Assembly: GCA_001661245.1 (NCBI GenBank)
Contig: KV454018.1
Coordinates: 548,144 to 568,143 of the forward strand
DNA length: 20,000 bases
Direction: 5' to 3'
DNA from: Pachysolen tannophilus NRRL Y-2460
Taxonomy: Eukaryota
Shown here: positions 10,357 to 19,204 of the stretch, one piece after another
Numbering within the stretch: the stretch's first letter is position 1
How the letters are laid out: the number at the start of each line of letters is the position of its first letter
Notes under the pieces: model-generated
Seen by the model: only the letters and a program-made list of their open reading frames with translations
What the model was told of the DNA's origin: nothing
The model's database searches: none
Made by a program: the position numbers and the translations under genes

Positions 10357-11610
10357 ATGTTGTTGAAAAAATTATGTATCATAGTTGTTTCATTAGTACC
10401 TTTTACTTACTGTTTAAGTTTAGATACAAGTAGTAAAGACTCCATATGTACAGCAGCAAGTCTTATTGCAGATGGAATAATGGACTATTATGAAGGTGAT
10501 GAATCTGGAGGAACAGTAGGTTATTTCAGTGGAGATTCAGACTGGTGGGAATATGGTCAAGCTTTTAGTGTACTTATAGATCATTGGTATTATTGCGAAA
10601 ATAATACTTATGAAAGTATAATTTATAAAGGTTTAGTTTCACAACTAGGTACAAATAATGATTTTATTACTAAAAATCAGTCTGCTACTACAGGTAATGA
10701 TGATGAATCATTTTGGGCATTAGTAGCTTTAAATGCTTACGAAAAAAATTTTAAAGAACCTTCAGATTCATTATCATGGTTGGATGTTGTGGTGATTGTT
10801 TTCAATAAATTATGGTATAGATGGGATTCGCTGACTTGTAATGGTGGAATAAGATGGCAAATCAATTCTACTTTAAGTGGTTATGATTATAAAAATTCAA
10901 TTTCAAATGGTAATTTATTTTTATTAGGTGCAAGTTTATATAGACATACTGGTAATGATACTTATTTGGATTCAGCACAAGAAACTTGGAATTGGGTCAC
11001 TAGTGTTGGATATGTAGCAAATGATAGTTCAGATGTATTAAGTGTTTATGATGGTGCTGATGCAAGTGATAATTGTACAAATTTAAATTATGCAGAATGG
11101 TCTTATAATTATGGTACTTACTTGGTGGGTGCTGCTTATCTTGGATCAGATTTAACAAATGCATCTGATGTCACCTCAGAAATTCATTTATCTAATAAGA
11201 GGAAAAGAAGTTCAAATTTAAATTTTGATAAAAGATCAGATTCTCAATCTTATTGGAATGACATAACTAAAAATATTTGGGGTGGTTGTGAAACTTTTTT
11301 CAACAGTACTAATAGTATCATGTATGAAAGAACTTGTCAAGGAACTAAAACATGTAATGATGATGAAAGATGTTTTAAATCTATCTTTACTCGTTATTTA
11401 TATATGGCTTTAGTCTTGGATGATAGTTTAATTGATTCAATTGGACCGTATTTGGAAAAATCAGCTGAAGGTGCAGCCCAATCATGTTCTGGTGGCTCTG
11501 ATGGTATAACTTGCGGATTAAATTGGTTTTATGATGGTTGGGATGGTTATTATGGATTAGAGGAACAAATGAATGCTCTAGAAATTATGATTAGTTTATT
11601 AGCACTTTGA
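10357..11610 (+). CDS. DFG5: GH76 alpha-1,6-mannanase/transglycosylase, divergent Dfg5/Dcw1-like paralogue lacking a GPI signal
   Basis: Signal peptide, then LDTSSKDSIC...MDYYEG...GGTVG (Dfg5-like), catalytic GNDD, WDxxTCNGGIRWQ, YDYKNSISNG, WSYNYG, CNDDERCFKSIF, SAEGAAQSCSGGSDGITCGLNW, GLEEQMNALE. First ATG at 10357. The family call is firm; orthology to DFG5 itself is uncertain. Confidence 0.9.
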   Translation: MLLKKLCIIVVSLVPFTYCLSLDTSSKDSICTAASLIADGIMDYYEGDESGGTVGYFSGDSDWWEYGQAFSVLIDHWYYCENNTYESIIYKGLVSQLGTNNDFITKNQSATTGNDDESFWALVALNAYEKNFKEPSDSLSWLDVVVIVFNKLWYRWDSLTCNGGIRWQINSTLSGYDYKNSISNGNLFLLGASLYRHTGNDTYLDSAQETWNWVTSVGYVANDSSDVLSVYDGADASDNCTNLNYAEWSYNYGTYLVGAAYLGSDLTNASDVTSEIHLSNKRKRSSNLNFDKRSDSQSYWNDITKNIWGGCETFFNSTNSIMYERTCQGTKTCNDDERCFKSIFTRYLYMALVLDDSLIDSIGPYLEKSAEGAAQSCSGGSDGITCGLNWFYDGWDGYYGLEEQMNALEIMISLLAL

Positions 11611-11829
11611 GGAAATCATATATATATATATATATATATATACAGGTAAAGAGGTACTTTTTTTTTTTTTTCTTTTATTATTATTGTTAATTTTTGTTAG
11701 AGTTGCTGCTACTTTTTTTTTAGAAAACTTATGGAAACGTTTAAACAATGATTTTAGTTAATCATACAAATATGATGAATTTATATATATAAAATTAAAG
11801 ATAATGTATAGAATTTTTTGAATTATTGA

Positions 11830-12579
11830 CTATTGTTTAACAATTTTAACATTTGTTTTTTTCTGATCAAAAAAAAAGAAGCAAAAAAAAGAAAATTGTT
11901 AGTAAATTAAATGCCTTCTTGTTTTATAAACTCTTGTTAGCTATTACTTACTTGCCAATCTTCAAATTCCTTGAGAGTTCTTTGTCTTTCCTTCTCAAGA
12001 GACACTACAGCTTCTTTCATCTATATTAATTTAAATTTAGTTAGTTAGTTAATTAATCAATTGTGTTTTCTATTTTTTTGCAAGGTGCATTTACCAAATA
12101 CATTTACTTACACTTATTATCTTAGAATCCAATACCGGAACAACACTTCCAGCTGTCTTTTCAACCAATGCACCTCCAATCATTCTAAAACATTTACGAT
12201 CTTCAGGTACAGTTTTTAAAGTATTTAAAACAACACTATTTGAACAAAGATTGGGTGGAATCAAAGTTAGTATAATAAATATTGGAAAATTTTTCCCTTT
12301 ATTGTGTCTTCTTGTAACAGTTGAGAAAAAAAAAAGCAACCTAACAAACTTACTCATGTTCATCCAAATCTGTTTTTAGTTGTCCTATTTTTTGACTTAA
12401 TTGCTCTAAAGTTTCTTTGAATTCATTAAATTGAAGTTGAAGCTCTGAAATCGAAAATCAAAAAATTGTTAGTTGGTTGGTTTAGCATTTACCTAAAATT
12501 GTCCAGTTCAAGACAAAACAAAAATTAACAATAAGATAACTAACTTACTTTGATTGACATGTGGCAGTTTAGACTCCAT
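11830..12579 (-). CDS. GIM4: Prefoldin subunit 2 (115 aa), five exons
   Basis: Exons 12579-12549, 12444-12354, 12235-12112, 12020-11952, 11862-11830 (348 nt, in frame). Introns of 104, 118, 91 and 89 nt, all with GTAAGT donors, (T/A)ACTAAC branches and CAG/TAG acceptors. Protein MESKLPHVNQKLQLQFNEFKETLEQLSQKIGQLKTDLDEHDVVLNTLKTVPEDRKCFRMIGGALVEKTAGSVVPVLDSKIISMKEAVVSLEKERQRTLKEFEDWQKKTNVKIVKQ carries the PFD2 signature RKCFRMIGGALVE. Confidence 0.95.
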
Positions 12580-12981
12580 TTTATTAAAACGATCCAGTTA
12601 TACTAATCGATGTCTTATATTTGTTTCAGCTAATAGATATCAATTTCGATTTAATATTAAGATTTCTTGATATTCAACATATATAAAAAAGATTTCTTAT
12701 TTTAAGTAGTGTATACAGAAACTATCCGCCCAAGTCACCGGCGAAAGAGCCGCCCAAGTTTTAGCGGGAGATGCTCCAGGTGGAATCCATTACTTTAAAG
12801 AGAATTACAAAATCCAATTGATAAAGAGCATAGACGGAATAAATAAATAAGGAAAGAAAGAGTAGATAAAAGAATAATAATGGCTCTTACTGAACTCATT
12901 TTATAATTCAGTTTTTCCATTAACAATGAATAAATATTATATAATTATAAGAAAAAAAAAAAAAAATTTTTACATACTTTC

Positions 12982-13506
12982 TTAAACTTTGATGGAATTA
13001 AGGTATTCTTGACGGTACTTGTTGTTATCAGCTGGACGGTTTAAAGCCAACCATTTTGGCTCATCTTTGAATAATCTTAAAGCTTTAACATAGTTTTTTT
13101 GTGATAAAGTAAACCTGTGATAAATTCCTGAAGGTAAGATCAATAAATCACCCTTTGTTAATTTTGTCCTAATCCATCTATCTTCATCATCTCTAACATC
13201 AAAATAACCTTCACCATCCAATATATAACGAATTTCCTCATCTTCATGAAGATGTTCTTCGTAAAAACTATCCAATTTTGCCTTTAACGCAGTTTCACCT
13301 CCTGGAAAATTATCTTTTGAAAGAACAACTTGGTCTCTATTTTTATAATTTCTTTCCTTAGCCAAACCATTTACATCTTCTTCATTATCGAAAAAATAAT
13401 ATAATACTCCAATGGCTGATAATTTTGATTCTGAAACCGCTACTCCTGAATCATGTTCTTCACGGAAATCAACTTCATCTTTATTATCATGATAATAAGC
13501 TCTCAT
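12982..13506 (-). CDS. ADI1: Acireductone dioxygenase (methionine salvage, cupin fold)
   Basis: Metal-binding motif FYEEHLHEDEEIRYILDGEGYFDVR, plus GDLLILPSGIYHRFT and ALRLFKDEPKW. Confidence 0.97.
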   Translation of the reverse strand: MRAYYHDNKDEVDFREEHDSGVAVSESKLSAIGVLYYFFDNEEDVNGLAKERNYKNRDQVVLSKDNFPGGETALKAKLDSFYEEHLHEDEEIRYILDGEGYFDVRDDEDRWIRTKLTKGDLLILPSGIYHRFTLSQKNYVKALRLFKDEPKWLALNRPADNNKYRQEYLNSIKV

Positions 13507-13720
13507 TTTTGCTTAATCCAAAGATTTCTTTATCAAATTATATCATACAGAAAATAAAAATTTATATAAAGAACAATTGACAAATAAATAATTTTTTTTA
13601 AAAAAAAATATATATATATAATGAAAAATAAAAGAGTTATATATATTTTATATTTCAATACTTCTATTTAATTGGATTATTGATTAAATGATATTAAAAT
13701 ACAATTTAAATGATCTAACA

Positions 13721-13795
13721 TGTGGCGTCCACTTTAAAATTTTTGTGTGGCAGAAAAATACACACTACTAAGATTGTCATTTAGTCATTTAGTCA
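13721..13795. promoter_or_regulatory. Met31/Met32-like (TGTGGC x2) and AP-1/Yap-like (TTAGTCA x2) motifs upstream of ADI1
   Basis: TGTGGC at 13721-13726 and 13746-13751. TTAGTCA at 13781-13787 and 13789-13795 within a (GTCATTTA)3 repeat. Located 215-290 bp upstream of the ADI1 ATG. Confidence 0.45.
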
Positions 13796-13854
13796 TTTAC
13801 GATAACAGCAAGTACAAATGTTTTAAATTCCGTATTTCATATTATAATTAGTAT

Positions 13855-16074
13855 TTAATCATATTTCCCAGAGGTTAATGAAGGGCCACTTGGGATTTTC
13901 CCCAATATTCCTAAACCTCTATTACGTCTATTCACCAATTTTTTATGCCTATAATATTTGACAAATCTTTTCAAAACATTCAATGCTATAACGATTAGCA
14001 ATATCAAAGTTATATAACCCAAGATTCCATGTTTATGGAAAATATCCATAAACCGGAGGACTCCACCAAATGGGCTTTTCATCACATTGGCCTTAATACG
14101 GATATGTCCAATTACATCTAAATTATCGTATAGTTTGGGGAAATTTAAATAACTTAAAGTTTCTCTTATTAAATACGGCTGATTTTTCAAACCATGTCCA
14201 TAAATATCTGTATTCCAATATATATTATCATATCTGGAAACTATAATGGCATCTCCTTTTTTATAATCCTTACCATTATTCCATCCATATTTATTTATCA
14301 TATGTGAATTTTTAGCTAAATCCAAATAACAAAAAATTGTATGAAATTCATTTGTAAAATGATTAATTTTTTCCTTCATTGCTGCATTAACTTTTGCTTG
14401 ATCCAATTCGGTTAATTTTAAATCATTAACTTTTTTAATTTTACTTTCTCTTTTTTCATCAATAGTATAATAAATTTTCTCTTGTCTTAATTGAAAATAT
14501 TCATGAGCTTCAATTGAACTTAAATGAATTGAATTAAAAAGACTTTTTTGATCATTGGAATCAATTAAGGTAATAAGTACTTTATCATTTTTGCCATTGA
14601 ATTTTGGATCTCTTGTATTAAAATATTTATTTAAATTTTTCGGTGTTAATTCATCAACTAATGGTAATGAATTTGCTTTTATGAAACCCATAAGACCTTC
14701 ATATTCTCTAGAATCTCTTGGACTAAAAATTTGATATTTTGTTGATATTAAACTATCATCTTTAAAACATAACAAAGTAGGTAAAGTTGATATAGAATGT
14801 ACAGCATACATTTTTTCATCAAATTCTTTTTTAGGTTCTGTATCATTATAATGTATATAATTTAATAATTCTTCGGATTGCAGTTTAATTAAATCATTTA
14901 AAAGTAAATCTGATGATTTATAAATATATACATCAGATTGTAAATCCATAATACCTTGAAGTAAATATGGTAAAACATCAAAATCTTCAGAAACAGCAGT
15001 TTTAGAATCATAAAGATATACAAATGAAATTCTTTTCTCTAAATTTAATTCTGAACTTGGATCCTTAGATAATCGTTTAGCTAAATTCATCTTTTGACCT
15101 AATTCTTTTACTGTAATATCTTGGAAAGAATAATTTTCAACCAGTCTTTTTGCCCATTTAGAAATTTCTCCAGCTTTTATTAATGATTTATACTTAATCT
15201 TATTACCACCTTTACCTGGAGTAAACATATAAATTCCAGGAGATTTAAAATTTCTAGAACTGTATGAAGAAAGTAAATCATCAAATCCTAAGCTTTTACA
15301 TATTGGTTCATTAGAACCACAATTGAAATATCCTGTCTTCACTATTCCCAACAATTGATTTGATAATCTAGCCCATAATGTTTTTAATTCAAAACATTCG
15401 GGGCAATCATCAAAAAATTCATTTTTCAAATCACGACTTGTTTCTAAATCAAAATTTTTTTCATTTAATTGTTCATCTTTTGTTGGCCAAAATGAAATCA
15501 ATATAGGTTCATCCATATTACCAGCCATAATTTTTAACATTTCCTGAGAAGAAATAAAAGAACTTTTACTTGGTAATCCTGCAGTAGAATCAGAAATATC
15601 AAGAGCTTGTTCTCTAATAAATTTTATAAAATTTTCTTCAGTTTTTGGATATTTAGTTGGATAAGAAGCAACCAATTTCCCTGAATCGCCATTTTCATTT
15701 CCAGCATAAAGTCTTATAGCAGGATAAAATCTTATAGATTCTCTAGAACATAAATCCCCACTTTCAACACAATTAACCTGATGTAAATGTACTTTTAAAG
15801 AATCCGATTCTTTCTTTAAATTTCTATAAGTTGATTCCCAAACAGGTGCCAAGTGTTTGCAATGTGTACAATATGGCGAATAAAATTCCACAAGATGCAT
15901 ATCTTTTGATAAAGTCATATCAAAATTTTCCGAAGTTAAAGGCAGAGGCAATGGTTCCAAGACATCATCTTTAACTTTTTCTTTTGAAGATATTTCTTGA
16001 GAATTCACTAAAGCAATTAAACAAACAATGCAAATAATTAGCAGTTTCAACGAATAATAGCACCTGCTCATCAT
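13855..16074 (-). CDS. EPS1: ER membrane protein disulfide isomerase-like protein (ERAD)
   Basis: Signal peptide; thioredoxin domain HLVEFYSPYCTHCKHLAPVW; second CxxC (CPEC); single C-terminal TM helix with a basic tail ending GILGK...GKYD. Adjacent to YIA6, as in S. cerevisiae. Confidence 0.92.
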   Translation of the reverse strand: MMSRCYYSLKLLIICIVCLIALVNSQEISSKEKVKDDVLEPLPLPLTSENFDMTLSKDMHLVEFYSPYCTHCKHLAPVWESTYRNLKKESDSLKVHLHQVNCVESGDLCSRESIRFYPAIRLYAGNENGDSGKLVASYPTKYPKTEENFIKFIREQALDISDSTAGLPSKSSFISSQEMLKIMAGNMDEPILISFWPTKDEQLNEKNFDLETSRDLKNEFFDDCPECFELKTLWARLSNQLLGIVKTGYFNCGSNEPICKSLGFDDLLSSYSSRNFKSPGIYMFTPGKGGNKIKYKSLIKAGEISKWAKRLVENYSFQDITVKELGQKMNLAKRLSKDPSSELNLEKRISFVYLYDSKTAVSEDFDVLPYLLQGIMDLQSDVYIYKSSDLLLNDLIKLQSEELLNYIHYNDTEPKKEFDEKMYAVHSISTLPTLLCFKDDSLISTKYQIFSPRDSREYEGLMGFIKANSLPLVDELTPKNLNKYFNTRDPKFNGKNDKVLITLIDSNDQKSLFNSIHLSSIEAHEYFQLRQEKIYYTIDEKRESKIKKVNDLKLTELDQAKVNAAMKEKINHFTNEFHTIFCYLDLAKNSHMINKYGWNNGKDYKKGDAIIVSRYDNIYWNTDIYGHGLKNQPYLIRETLSYLNFPKLYDNLDVIGHIRIKANVMKSPFGGVLRFMDIFHKHGILGYITLILLIVIALNVLKRFVKYYRHKKLVNRRNRGLGILGKIPSGPSLTSGKYD

Positions 16075-16604
16075 AAAAAATTGATTTCAAAAAAAAATTT
16101 AAAGTCCCTATTTCAAAACAACCTTCACCATCAATTTTTTAAAAACTACTCCACTATCAAAATTAGATAAAACAGATATATATTTGGTCACTTTCAACTG
16201 ATCTTTTGAATAATTCTATACATAGAATTATCAAGACATATACAATTTGTACTTTGTAATTAATAATAACCAGATTTGTAAATAATTGAGAGCAAACACA
16301 CTACTGCGACTAAGACTACTAAGACGACCACTACCAATCTTTAATACTTTTTAATTATATATATGATTCATTCATTATTAATACTTAAAACTATATGGAA
16401 TTCATCAAGCAATTGGATAAAATGTCACTGTGTAAAAGATGAAAAAGTTGTAAAAAAAAATAATAAATACGAATAAGTGAAATTGAATATTATATCCTTA
16501 AAAAAATAGTAGTAAAAATAATTCCTGTGTGAACTTTGAGGTTATAATAATAATAATAATAATAAAGTTTTCAATCGAGATTCTATTAGAATTTCCATTT
16601 GACT

Positions 16605-16631
16605 TAGTTGATGTAGTTGATGTAGTTGATG
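16605..16631 (+). repeat. (TAGTTGATG)3 tandem repeat
   Basis: Three perfect 9-mers between YIA6 and EPS1. Confidence 0.85.
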
Positions 16632-16733
16632 GATGTCCTTATTAAAAAAAAAAAAAAAAAAGGTCAACATAGTAAAATAGAAAGAAAAAAAAAATCAATT
16701 AATTAATCAATCAATCAATTGATAATAAAACTC

Positions 16734-18074
16734 TTACATGAAGTTGGTTTCCAAGTAATTTTTGATAATATCAAAGCTTACTAGTGTAATGGCACTAGCT
16801 GGAAGTGTTCTTGTTAAATTGATGATAAACCCAGCATAGAAACCTTTTAAGCCTTCTTTTAAATAAATTTCTTTAATTGTATCAAGTAAAGTTGGATGAT
16901 GTAGTGTACCATTGTTACTTGCAATTTGCATTCTTGTTCTTAAAATTTCATGAGGATAAGTTATACCACTTGCAAGCATTTTTGAAACAGCTGAAGCTGT
17001 AGTTAATCTTATTAATAAGAAAACCCCACTTGAAGGGTTTTTATTTTCTTTAACTTTTAAACGTTTATTTATTACTTCGTTATTAGAAATATCATGACCA
17101 GTACATTTCAATAATTTTTTAAAATTTTCATACAAGGGGAAATGAATAGCAACATGAAATAAACCTAAATAAGATGGTAATAATCCAGAATAAAAAGATT
17201 TCCAACCTTCATTTCTATACATTTTTTGGAAAGCATTAAAAGTTGATGTATAATAATCTCTTGTTCTTCTCTTATCAGGCTCAAATCTATCATATATGGA
17301 TCCACCATTACCAGTTTGTAACATTAGCCTTGTCTTTATTACCCAAATTGGATTAGTAAAAGTTGTTGATGCAGCACCTGCTGTTATTGCACTTAAGAAA
17401 TATGCCAAATTTTCATGGGTTTCACCACTTCCAAATAAATAATTTGGATATACATGTTTGCATTTTTCATAAACTGTAAAATAAATCATCCATGATGGGA
17501 AATACCCTAATGAGATTGGTACTAAACCTCTATATAAACCTCTTGTTCCTTCTTCTTTCCATATTGTACTAATAGTATCCAGTAATCCATTATACTTAAC
17601 TTTATCAAAATGAGTTGTCAGCGATAAATCAGCTTGATGACCCAAGAAAGCACCTTGAGCTTGTAATCTTGTCTTTGCAACATCAAGTGGACATACACAA
17701 ATTCCAGATAAAAACCCAGCCATTGCTCCCGATATTGGTGTTATTTCCTCACTTGATAATTTCCTATCAAATCTCAAAAACGGTATAAGCTGCCTGTCTA
17801 AATCTTTAAGTTCATTACTTTTCACTATGGTATCATTGTCCTGTGGGAATATCAACATACTATCCGAGGGCCCCGATTTTGAAGTAGCACAAGAAGTCGA
17901 TGAAGTTGAAGAATTGGAAGAACTGGAAGAATTCGAAGAATTTGAAGGTGTTGAAGGTGTTGAAGGTGTTGAAGGTGTTGTTGCAGTAACAGCAGAAGCT
18001 GCAGGGGTAGATGTTGTCAGTTTCACCAATTCATGAGTATCATGGAAATTTATATGTTCTTGAGTGGATGACAT
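16734..18074 (-). CDS. YIA6: Mitochondrial carrier, NAD+ transporter (Ndt1/Yia6 type)
   Basis: Three carrier signatures (PLDVAKTRLQ, PIWVIKTRL, PHEILRTRMQ). GAMAGFLSGICVCPLD and LGYFPSWMIYFTVYE are typical of Ndt1/Ndt2. Syntenic with EPS1. Confidence 0.92.
   Translation of the reverse strand: MSSTQEHINFHDTHELVKLTTSTPAASAVTATTPSTPSTPSTPSNSSNSSSSSNSSTSSTSCATSKSGPSDSMLIFPQDNDTIVKSNELKDLDRQLIPFLRFDRKLSSEEITPISGAMAGFLSGICVCPLDVAKTRLQAQGAFLGHQADLSLTTHFDKVKYNGLLDTISTIWKEEGTRGLYRGLVPISLGYFPSWMIYFTVYEKCKHVYPNYLFGSGETHENLAYFLSAITAGAASTTFTNPIWVIKTRLMLQTGNGGSIYDRFEPDKRRTRDYYTSTFNAFQKMYRNEGWKSFYSGLLPSYLGLFHVAIHFPLYENFKKLLKCTGHDISNNEVINKRLKVKENKNPSSGVFLLIRLTTASAVSKMLASGITYPHEILRTRMQIASNNGTLHHPTLLDTIKEIYLKEGLKGFYAGFIINLTRTLPASAITLVSFDIIKNYLETNFM
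17943..17978 (-). repeat. Intragenic 9-bp x4 repeat encoding (TPS)4
   Basis: (TGAAGGTGT)4 on the + strand, in the N-terminal extension of YIA6. Confidence 0.85.
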
Positions 18075-18482
18075 TATAAATACGATGAATATTATAGTTT
18101 TTGCAAAAAAATAACCAAAACTCCTTGTAAAAATAAATAATTTAACCCTGATATAAATGTAACTTTGATCTAAATGCCAAATGCACTTTCATAGAGTATA
18201 GTAAGTAATCTCTATTGTAACAAACAACAATAAATTATGATAATTACAACCGTTTAAATGAAAATACAAAAAAAAAAATAGAAGAAAACCAAAAGACAAA
18301 ATAAAAAAGTAAAAAAAAAAAAAAATGAAAAAAAAAAAAAATGAAACCCTCTTCAATACCCTGATAAATGAATCTTATACTATATTATGACCATCAATGA
18401 TAAATATAATGTACAAATTCAAATTCAAATTCAAAAAAAAAAAAAAATAAACTGTAACTATTATTATTTGATTAAAAAGCAA

Positions 18483-18492
18483 TTGGCGGCTA
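18483..18492 (-). promoter_or_regulatory. URS1/Ume6-like site (TAGCCGCCAA) upstream of YIA6
   Basis: + strand TTGGCGGCTA; contains the TAGCCGCC core ~410 bp upstream of the ATG. Confidence 0.45.
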
Positions 18493-18841
18493 ATATCGAA
18501 AACCCAGAATTGCTAGTAAAAAAAAAAAAAATTTTTTTTTTCTTTACTTCTTTCTTGTTAATTCACAACTCAACTGAACTGGAATTAATCTTTAAACAAT
18601 TTACTTAATAAAGATTTCAAAAATATATATATATATATATATATATATTTATTTATTTATTTATTATATAAAACAATAGAATAATAGATTGCGATAATAA
18701 TTTGATATATATATACACATTTAAAAGAGCCTTTTAAATTTCTTTGATATTTGATTTTTTTTAAATTTTTTTTGTTTTTTTGTTTTTTTGTTTTTTTTTT
18801 TGGCTTCTCCGAATGTGAATGCAAAAGACAAATTAAAGGGG

Positions 18842-18940
18842 AAAAAGCCCCCAATTCCCCCAGTTTTCCCCCAAGCTTTCCCCCAAGCTTCCCCGAACAA
18901 AGCCTGGGGGGCTTTTTTTTTCTTTTGCTTTCTCCCCCGG
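18842..18940. other. GC-rich island: C-tract array (G-quadruplex motif on the - strand), 11-bp inverted repeat, Mig1-like sites
   Basis: C5 at 18848, 18857, 18868 and 18880; C4 at 18891; G6 at 18906-18911; C5 near 18934. AAAAAGCCCCC (18842-18852) is the reverse complement of GGGGGCTTTTT (18907-18917). Confidence 0.6.
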
Positions 18941-19196
18941 ATGATTGGCAGATATTTATCTGGTCAAAAAAGAGGGGAAACATGGTGGAGAGATAGAGAA
19001 AGAATTTAATGAAAAAGGAAATGAATTATTATGTTTGTCTTTTGACTTGAATTGACAAAATTTGAAAGTTTAGATGTCACGCAATAGGCAATAGGCAGCA
19101 AAGAGTAGACAGTAGACAGTAGTAGGCCGGGAGTGATTTCTTACATTTCCAAATGACAATTATACGACGATGTTTCCGATATTTATTTATTTTTAG

Positions 19197-19204
19197 TGAC
19201 GTCA
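19197..19204. promoter_or_regulatory. CRE/ATF palindrome TGACGTCA (Sko1/Aca-type)
   Basis: Exact palindromic consensus in the long intergenic region upstream of YIA6. Confidence 0.4.

Noticed and set aside
11560..11830. Extra 3' exon supplying a GPI signal to the GH76
   Set aside because: No canonical donor before the stop codon and no plus-strand branch or coding-like exon in the 220 bp before GIM4.
12091..12363. 90-aa ORF as a standalone gene
   Set aside because: It is GIM4 exon 3 read in frame through intron 2 and into intron 3.
17827..18036. 69-aa acidic plus-strand ORF
   Set aside because: Antisense reading of the Ser/Thr/Pro repeats of YIA6.
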